DNA of 64,000 bases from a virus, in the IMG/VR virus record IMGVR_UViG_3300023174_000151, positions 8,114 through 72,113 of that record. One strand, given 5' to 3'. Below are positions 57,534 to 64,000 of the stretch, one piece after another. A model generated the notes under the pieces. It searched no databases, was not told the origin of the DNA, and saw nothing but the letters and a program-made list of their open reading frames with translations. A program made the translations under genes and the position numbers. The stretch's first letter is position 1; every line of letters starts with the position of its first letter.

Positions 57534-60197
57534 TTAAAAATCTAGGTGTAATTGACCTTTCCGTGCTAGACCGTTTACTAACCACACAAGGGCATCCGCG
57601 CAATCATCATGACTACTTACGCCGAAGTTCGTGAGTTCCTCGAAGAGATTTGTGAAGTTCCTAAACCGATTAAAAATTATTTTTCTATCTTCAAACATGC
57701 CCATAATGCCGCGAAACCTTGCAAGCTTGTCTGCACGGAAACCTTTGACGGGATGCCACAAAATATTGTAGAGACCTTCTTGATTTAAACAAACTCTTTT
57801 GAAGTCTGCTTCCAGGGATGCCTGGTACTGTACAGCTTCAGACCATATGTCAACTGTTGCAAAAGTCGGGAAGTAATTATTGTTTTCATCTTTACCAAGA
57901 ATAGACCAATCGTTAAGAAGTTCTTTAAGTACGTCAAGTTTTTCTAGATTTCCCATGACTCGTATTCGTCTGTAATCAATAATATGAATCTGATCGCCGA
58001 TACGTCCACCTAGTACCATAACGGTGTAATCATTCTTTTCTTTGACGCCAGCAGATAGGTCAACACCAACGCCAAGAGTATCAAACTCCGTTGCAATTTC
58101 TGCTTTAACTATTAGTTCTGGTGCCAAGGAAAGTTCGTTTTGTCTAACGATTTGATTCATGTATTGAAAAGAGAAGGCAATAGGTGCCTGTCGTTTCTTT
58201 TCCTTTAGGTATTCCAAAGACCACATTGCAGGCCAGTAGGATTCTTCTTCTCCTGTTATGCGATTGTTCTTAATTGCAGGAAGAACAATCTGCATCCAAT
58301 TATTTTGTTCATTAAAAGTTGTCGCATGAATGTCATCATGTCGGAAGCGTGTACCAAGACATATTGCTCGTGCGCCTTCAAACATAGTAGGTGCAATCAC
58401 AGCATTCCAGTTCTCTTGCATTTGTTTTCTAATGTCTGGATTTGAGATATCTGCCGAACTTTTTATGGCGTCATCTATCATTACTAAATGAGATCGCTTG
58501 GAGGTAACTGAACCCTTAAGTCCTGCAGCACAGAGTGTAAACTGTTCATCACCAGTTGTATCAATACCCGCAAAGCGATGATCTATTGACCAGTATTCAT
58601 TACTAGTTACGTTCTTCATTAGACGTACAGTAGGAAAAACTTCTTGGTATCGTTTACTTTCAATGATGCGTTTGATGGTAGCACTTTTGGATCGTGCAAT
58701 ATCAACTGTGTATGACAAGTAAAGAATCTGTAGAGGACGTTTAGCTTTAGTGTGAATACCAATAGCCCATGCCGTAAGCAAACCCAAGACTGTGCTTTTG
58801 GCCGAATTTTTACTGACGATATAATCTTTTGTTAAGAATGTATGACACTCATCCTGAACCTCTATGCAACGTACCTTTTCTTCAAACGAAGGTTTAATAT
58901 CTACAATGCCACGGCAAGGAAGGTATTTAGTACAAGGAGCATACCTCAGTGCTTTACGCTCCAGGGAGAACGGTCTAATCTCAGGGTGTAATTTTATTCC
59001 TACTTTGTAAGACGGTGTTGTTGTACGGGTTTTTACTCCGTTGGGCAAGGTATAAGAATTAAACTGTGCAATACGTCTAGTTGCAATACCTCCTAATGAT
59101 TGAACTAGTTCAATAATGTTGTCTACAAGTTGCTGAGATGTAGTACAAAAAGAAACAGAACCAGAACTAGATACCGTACCGTCCGTATCGAGTAAACCTT
59201 GTAGCAACGCCTCACGATCAGCAACAGAAGAAAATAAGTATTCTTTTGGAATAAATTTTGATACTGATGTTTTTCCGTACAAGCCAAGTTTTTTAAGATT
59301 TCTTTTTACAGGATTTGGTGTCCCACAGAAAAGACTGCCTTTAACATGCGAAATACGATAATCGTACTTAGAAGATTTCTTGAACGTGTAGTCTTTAGGT
59401 AAAAGTTGAGCGCAACGTTCAATCAATTCTGGATCAGCGCTAGTTATTGTTAGGTTTCCACTGCTTAAGGAGCCATCTCCAATTAAAACACCGAGTAAAT
59501 ACGGATCAATTAAAAGTTCTTTTTCTGGATATTGTACTGGTTCCGTCACGGGAATATAGTAACGAGCATAGCCCTTGCTGTCCAACCAAGGTTTTTCTTC
59601 CGGTGAACAGGTTGCAGTAATACGTTGACTTGGAGAACTAACTTTACCGTTTCCTTTCATTCCAATTGTTTTTTGTGTACGAATTTCATTAAGAGACATA
59701 ACACGCCATTCACCTTTGGCGTCAGAACCTACACGCCGCACCTTCCATAGATGTTGATCGTCACAACGTACGGATGAACCATCTGTATAGGATATTTCCC
59801 AAGTTGGAGACGATGCGTAATCGGATATATCAATTACTTCTGTAATTTGTCCCTTCTCAGAAAAAACTAAATCACCTAATTGTAAATCGCCAATGGGCAC
59901 CCATCCGTTAGGAGTTGCTACTGGCATTGAAACAGCAAGTGGTCCCCTTGGTGCCAATAGATCGACGTTTGGTCCAGCAATATGCAGAAGGCAACTACTG
60001 TCTTCTTCTGTTATGAAATGCTTATGCCATTCCAGGTGATGTTCAGCGGGAGGCTTGTCAGCTACGTATTCACAAAAGAAACCAAAGTCTTCTTGCGCAA
60101 ACTTAAGAGCATCTACATTCTTGGGTATACGTATTTGTTGGTTCCGCGCAGCGGCTTTTGCATTACGTCGATAAGCAAGGTGTGTATAGCTAGGCAC
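57534..60197 (-). CDS. terL: terminase large subunit, intein-containing
   Basis: Walker A APRG/SAKST split by an intein; Walker B VMIDD; GTRF; nuclease GVDLS and HDDCADAL. Confidence 0.92.
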   Translation of the reverse strand: MPSYTHLAYRRNAKAAARNQQIRIPKNVDALKFAQEDFGFFCEYVADKPPAEHHLEWHKHFITEEDSSCLLHIAGPNVDLLAPRGPLAVSMPVATPNGWVPIGDLQLGDLVFSEKGQITEVIDISDYASSPTWEISYTDGSSVRCDDQHLWKVRRVGSDAKGEWRVMSLNEIRTQKTIGMKGNGKVSSPSQRITATCSPEEKPWLDSKGYARYYIPVTEPVQYPEKELLIDPYLLGVLIGDGSLSSGNLTITSADPELIERCAQLLPKDYTFKKSSKYDYRISHVKGSLFCGTPNPVKRNLKKLGLYGKTSVSKFIPKEYLFSSVADREALLQGLLDTDGTVSSSGSVSFCTTSQQLVDNIIELVQSLGGIATRRIAQFNSYTLPNGVKTRTTTPSYKVGIKLHPEIRPFSLERKALRYAPCTKYLPCRGIVDIKPSFEEKVRCIEVQDECHTFLTKDYIVSKNSAKSTVLGLLTAWAIGIHTKAKRPLQILYLSYTVDIARSKSATIKRIIESKRYQEVFPTVRLMKNVTSNEYWSIDHRFAGIDTTGDEQFTLCAAGLKGSVTSKRSHLVMIDDAIKSSADISNPDIRKQMQENWNAVIAPTMFEGARAICLGTRFRHDDIHATTFNEQNNWMQIVLPAIKNNRITGEEESYWPAMWSLEYLKEKKRQAPIAFSFQYMNQIVRQNELSLAPELIVKAEIATEFDTLGVGVDLSAGVKEKNDYTVMVLGGRIGDQIHIIDYRRIRVMGNLEKLDVLKELLNDWSILGKDENNNYFPTFATVDIWSEAVQYQASLEADFKRVCLNQEGLYNILWHPVKGFRADKLARFRGIMGMFEDRKIIFNRFRNFTNLFEELTNFGVSSHDDCADALVWLVNGLARKGQLHLDF
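58806..59942 (-). mobile_element. class 3-like intein (379 aa) with LAGLIDADG endonuclease
   Basis: Starts PLAVSMPVATPNGW; block B CDDQHLW; LLGVLIGDG and LLQGLLDTDG; block F VRCIEV; ends IVSKN before Ser+1. Confidence 0.88.
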
Positions 60198-60227
60198 AAG
60201 AATGTTCCAACGTTATGGAATCCTACT

Positions 60228-60389
60228 CTATTTTTTAGCTTTACTGTTTTTTTGATCTTTGTATTTTCTTGCTTTATCTAGAGCAGCCTTACGCTTTTCT
60301 TTGTCATTCATCTCCGTGCCATCTTCTTTCTTAGCATCTTTCTTCTTGAGATACTCAAGAAACTGAGGTGGCATTTTACCTTTAGGCAT
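60228..60389 (-). CDS. small basic protein (53 aa)
   Basis: Hand-translated MPKGKMPPQFLEYLKKKDAKKEDG... Confidence 0.55.
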   Translation of the reverse strand: MPKGKMPPQFLEYLKKKDAKKEDGTEMNDKEKRKAALDKARKYKDQKNSKAKK

Positions 60390-60428
60390 ATAACTGTAAA
60401 CTTTTAATTTAAAATCAGTCTAACAGAA

Positions 60429-61052
60429 TCATTCCTCAAGTTGCATTCTGGACCATACGCTCATTGTTGCTTCTTCCAAGGGGATCTCAATGGGATCATC
60501 TTTGAAGATAAACATTAATTCACGTATAGCCCTGTCAGCACCTGCCATCAATAAACCTTTTCTATCTTTAATACTCGTAAACTTTTCTACTTGGTCAATA
60601 TGACCACGAATTTCTTTTTGCATAGAAGCAATGCGAGCTACTCCCGCATCACGTTTTACAACACCATTCTCTACATCTTCTCGTAATTTACGTACGTCCT
60701 CTTGCATCTCGTCAATTTCATACAAGAGTTTCTTTCGGTGATCTGGTTTATCGTAATGTTGTTTGACCCATAGTTCGCACGCAGTTACGGTTCCTTTATA
60801 ACCAAGGAATCGTGAATAAAGATAGGCTTCTATTACAGAGTAATTTTCTTTGGCGAATGCACAGAATGATTCTTGGGTAGACGCATCTAAATTATCTACC
60901 CACCCATCGAATAACTCAATATCGATAAGCTCGTTGGGCCTGGCCGTAATCGCGTTCTTCGTCCTTTTCTTTAAAGCGCTGTGACTGCTCTGCTGAGGTA
61001 CGTTGTTCTTCGGCACCTTTACCGATAGTTTCTCGTTCCTGTCCACCAGCAT
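60429..61052 (-). CDS. hypothetical protein, terminase small subunit candidate
   Basis: Helical ORF upstream of terL; start uncertain. Confidence 0.5.
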   Translation of the reverse strand: MLVDRNEKLSVKVPKNNVPQQSSHSALKKRTKNAITARPNELIDIELFDGWVDNLDASTQESFCAFAKENYSVIEAYLYSRFLGYKGTVTACELWVKQHYDKPDHRKKLLYEIDEMQEDVRKLREDVENGVVKRDAGVARIASMQKEIRGHIDQVEKFTSIKDRKGLLMAGADRAIRELMFIFKDDPIEIPLEEATMSVWSRMQLEE

Positions 61053-61164
61053 CCTCCATCTTTTTCTTAGAAAAGTCGTAAGCCACGCCAGCCGCCTGAC
61101 GATATTTGTCTAAATCAAACCAATCATCAGCATCAGTTTGTCCTGCTGGAACGCTACTGGTCAT
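60916..61164 (-). CDS. hypothetical protein
   Basis: 82-aa ORF. Confidence 0.55.
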   Translation of the reverse strand: MTSSVPAGQTDADDWFDLDKYRQAAGVAYDFSKKKMEDAGGQERETIGKGAEEQRTSAEQSQRFKEKDEERDYGQAQRAYRY

Positions 61165-61186
61165 GGCTTACAGCACCTATAGGAAA

Positions 61187-61354
61187 TTAGAAGTTGCTCA
61201 TCATACCAGCAAGGCCCTGGCTAAAGATGTCGCGACGTCCTTCAACGGACTTCTGACGTTGTTGACGACCTTTAGATGCTTCAAGGCGATTTAAAAGTTG
61301 TTCAAAACGATCGATATCAAAACTGGAGTCAGTAGTATTGTCAGGAGGAATCAT
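61187..61354 (-). CDS. small protein (55 aa), paralog of 61456-61743
   Basis: Hand-translated MIPPDNTTDSSFDIDRFEQLLNRLEASKGRQQRQKSVEGRRDIFSQGLAGMMSNF. Confidence 0.65.
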   Translation of the reverse strand: MIPPDNTTDSSFDIDRFEQLLNRLEASKGRQQRQKSVEGRRDIFSQGLAGMMSNF

Positions 61355-61455
61355 GATTTTAAACCTTTTGTACTACATAATTATAACAAATATATATCTA
61401 ATTAAAGTTGAAACTTTCTACAAGTCCTTTGTGGATATCTTTCGTTAATCAAATT

Positions 61456-61743
61456 TTAAAAATTGCTCATCATACCAGCAAGGCCCTGGCTAAAGATGTC
61501 GCGACGTCCTTCAACGGACTTCTGACGTTGTTGACGACCCTTAGATGCTTCCAAGCGATTTAAAAGACCTTCAAAACGATTAATATCAAAACTAGAGTCT
61601 TTGTCTGATCCAGAAATAGAGGCGTCTCGACCTTCGCGTTGGCCGAACTCTTCATAATGCCGTTTACCTGCGTCAGCATCTTGGCCAAAAGCGGCCTTTA
61701 AATCTGGATACCTATTTATATAGGCAAGATAGTCATTAGCCAT
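61456..61743 (-). CDS. small protein with YPDL...HY...GR module
   Basis: 95 aa; C-terminal 46 aa nearly identical to 61187-61354. Confidence 0.7.
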   Translation of the reverse strand: MANDYLAYINRYPDLKAAFGQDADAGKRHYEEFGQREGRDASISGSDKDSSFDINRFEGLLNRLEASKGRQQRQKSVEGRRDIFSQGLAGMMSNF

Positions 61744-61791
61744 AATTTAAAACTTTTTGCACTACATTATTATAGCAAGGGATATGTACTC

Positions 61792-62685
61792 TCAACTAAA
61801 AGCAAGACCCATAAGTTTATATAGATCTGTTCCCTGCTCAATCTTAGCTATATCCTTAGCACCTTGATTTTTTAACTTCTGTGTTTCTTTATCAATATCC
61901 CCTTGGAGATTAGTTAGACCAGCACTGTACAGATACTTACGTGTGTCTCTGATATTTTGTGTTTGCTCTTCAAGTTCAGCAGGTGTACCAGTGAAGATAT
62001 CCTTGAAGTTTGGAATTGCAACACCAGCTTTACCTAAGGTTCCTTCAGCGTAAGTAGGAAGAAGTGACTTATCAAACTTAAAGCTTCTTGTACCTATTCT
62101 CTTACCTGCTGCATCCCTCTCTTCTTTACCATACATCGTATCGTAATAGTTACCAAGATAGCTTGTTTGGAACTTATCTTGATATTCCGAGCCTTTGGCA
62201 AGGGACTCCTTTAAGTCTTGAACACTGCTGTAATAACCTTGATTAAAACGTTGTAAGGCAGCCGTCTTCTCTGGCTCCGTAGCTTCACGTCCTAAGAGTT
62301 CTTGATAGGCCGCAGAGATGCCTGTAGAGCGACGTCCGGGTAATAATTCCTTAGTATAAACATCTGTTAACTTATTAACATCTTCTTCTGGATTTATTTC
62401 GTATTTACCAGCATAATCACGTAGTTGCCTAGAAGCATCATCATACGTAATTAAACCTTGTCGCAACTGTGATTCTATACCTGAACGTAAACCACCAAAG
62501 CCTGCAGTACCTGATGCTTTACGTGCATCTTCCTTAGCCTTAGCGTCTGCTCTTTCTTGATCAGCTCGCGCTTGTGCCCGTGCTTCTTGTTGTTGACTAT
62601 AGTTTAAGAAATCTCTAAACGTATTATCAGGCGGTGGCGGCATGTATACAGGTGCCGGTGCGCTTTTTCCTCCTCCTCCTCCCAT
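61792..62685 (-). CDS. hypothetical virion protein
   Basis: 297 aa; MGGGGGKS N-terminus. Confidence 0.65.
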   Translation of the reverse strand: MGGGGGKSAPAPVYMPPPPDNTFRDFLNYSQQQEARAQARADQERADAKAKEDARKASGTAGFGGLRSGIESQLRQGLITYDDASRQLRDYAGKYEINPEEDVNKLTDVYTKELLPGRRSTGISAAYQELLGREATEPEKTAALQRFNQGYYSSVQDLKESLAKGSEYQDKFQTSYLGNYYDTMYGKEERDAAGKRIGTRSFKFDKSLLPTYAEGTLGKAGVAIPNFKDIFTGTPAELEEQTQNIRDTRKYLYSAGLTNLQGDIDKETQKLKNQGAKDIAKIEQGTDLYKLMGLAFS

Positions 62686-62696
62686 GATTTATCTCC

Positions 62697-63182
62697 TTAT
62701 GTAAAAAGTGTGGAAGTATCTATTGGTGCCATTCTACCAAACATACCTATCATTTGTCCTTGTTTCTCTGCAAGAGTTCTTTTAAGAGCCTCACGATTAG
62801 CTTCTTGACGTAATCCACGTGCGGCAGATGAGCCCTCTATTCCCATTCTTGCTCTTAAATCATCTCGTTCATTAGCAGCAGAAAGAGGATCTAATATATT
62901 ACGTTGAAACAAAGAAGCTTTTTGTTGTCTTCCAAAATCAAGGTCAGCTCCTGTACCAGCGCTAAAGACCTTATCCCACATTCCAAAGCCAAGCCTACCT
63001 TTTTCAGCTTCCCTTGCTTCTAATAGACCTGCATTATGTGCAGCAAACTGTCCTTGTGCGATTTGACGTGCAGTATTATCAGATCTACGAGCAGCCTCTT
63101 CGGCTTTGTTAGCGCCGAACATACTGGCGCCACCGCTAAAAAGACCTGTAATTAAAGGAGCAGCTAAAGGTGCTAGTAACAT
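62697..63182 (-). CDS. putative DNA-ejection/pilot-like protein
   Basis: Hydrophobic Gly/Ala N-terminus followed by a coiled coil. Confidence 0.5.
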   Translation of the reverse strand: MLLAPLAAPLITGLFSGGASMFGANKAEEAARRSDNTARQIAQGQFAAHNAGLLEAREAEKGRLGFGMWDKVFSAGTGADLDFGRQQKASLFQRNILDPLSAANERDDLRARMGIEGSSAARGLRQEANREALKRTLAEKQGQMIGMFGRMAPIDTSTLFT

Positions 63183-63223
63183 ATTATCCTCCTTGCCATT
63201 TAATTATATTGCACATATCTATT

Positions 63224-63760
63224 CTAACTAAAATACCTTTGTTGAGAAAGAGGAACCTGCGAAACAAAACTACCTTTACCAAAAGGAGAATTTGCCATAG
63301 CCGCATTTCCTGCATCTGTTACTGACTTAGCTCCAAGGACAGTTAACATTGCTCGATTAGCAGCATTTGCAGATATCTGTTCGGGAAGTTTAGATAAAGT
63401 ATCTAGTCCTTTATATAACATGTTGTAAGGTGCCGCTGCAGCTTGTTGTCTATTTTGAAATTCTAATGTATCTTCAAGAGCTTGTTTCCGTGCTTCTGGA
63501 CTTCTTGTTTCACGAATAAAATTTAATAATTCAGTAACATTACTTTGGCTCTTGTTTTCTAATTCGTTTTGAGCTATTAATTTTCGTGTTTCAGGGTCAG
63601 CATTTTTATAGAAATCACTATTTATAAACGCATATTTTCCAGCTTTATCTATGGGTTGTTTTCCGTAAAAAGTTGCTCCTGTATCTATCCCATCAAAATT
63701 CACACCTGACCCATATCTAGGTGTGTTGGAAGAGCCAAGGTTAAAGCCTGAAAAAGACAT
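63224..63760 (-). CDS. hypothetical protein
   Basis: 178-aa ORF. Confidence 0.6.
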   Translation of the reverse strand: MSFSGFNLGSSNTPRYGSGVNFDGIDTGATFYGKQPIDKAGKYAFINSDFYKNADPETRKLIAQNELENKSQSNVTELLNFIRETRSPEARKQALEDTLEFQNRQQAAAAPYNMLYKGLDTLSKLPEQISANAANRAMLTVLGAKSVTDAGNAAMANSPFGKGSFVSQVPLSQQRYFS

Positions 63761-63765
63761 TTTCT

Positions 63766-64000
63766 TTAACGATACTGGAACGCGGAATTAGCGTAAGGAT
63801 TAGTAGTCGTCATTATTTGTCGCGTAAGTGCGCCAGTTTCTGACTGTGCTCCTCCTGCAAGTTCAGCCATATATCTTTGCTGATTAAGACCACCAGTAAG
63901 TTGTGCAGTCTGTTGATTCAACTGCATCTGACGATTACGTTGTTGATCAAGATTTTGATTCAACATTGGATTTAATGCTTGCGCAGCTTCAACACGACCC
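63766..64000 (-). CDS. Gln-rich protein, 5'-truncated by the window edge
   Basis: Reading frame is open to the end of the window. Confidence 0.55.
   Translation of the reverse strand, partial: GRVEAAQALNPMLNQNLDQQRNRQMQLNQQTAQLTGGLNQQRYMAELAGGAQSETGALTRQIMTTTNPYANSAFQYR

Overview
A 64 kb stretch of a tailed dsDNA cyanophage genome: it carries psbA and shows no bacterial housekeeping context. About 1-25.8 kb, mostly + strand, holds replication and auxiliary genes: gp88-like protein, T7-type family A DNA polymerase with an intein, SSB, Gp157-like protein, Dps, methyltransferase, PD-(D/E)XK exonuclease, Prim-Pol/SF3 primase-helicase, SpeD, a GT4 glycosyltransferase and a palindromic candidate origin at 22988-23188. 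About 26-64 kb, mostly - strand, holds lysis, tail, virion and packaging genes: several peptidoglycan hydrolases, two repeat-rich tail-fibre genes, major capsid, scaffold, portal, psbA and a large terminase with an atypical Pro1 intein. The top candidate for a new system is a tyrosine recombinase beside the tail-fibre gene. It comes with three co-oriented 17-bp core-type sites (NTAGY-CANCNYN-WCTWM), one inside the tail-fibre ORF at the anchor/variable junction and two overlapping the stop codons of downstream short genes. This suggests integron-like cassette exchange of receptor-binding modules. Other findings are a covarying H-type pseudoknot about 24 nt upstream of several genes, a roughly 230 nt structured intergenic RNA candidate, an HNH-AP2 gene that duplicates its neighbour's C-terminus, and a circularly permuted M23 domain. 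All calls come from reading motifs by eye; no database searches were run.
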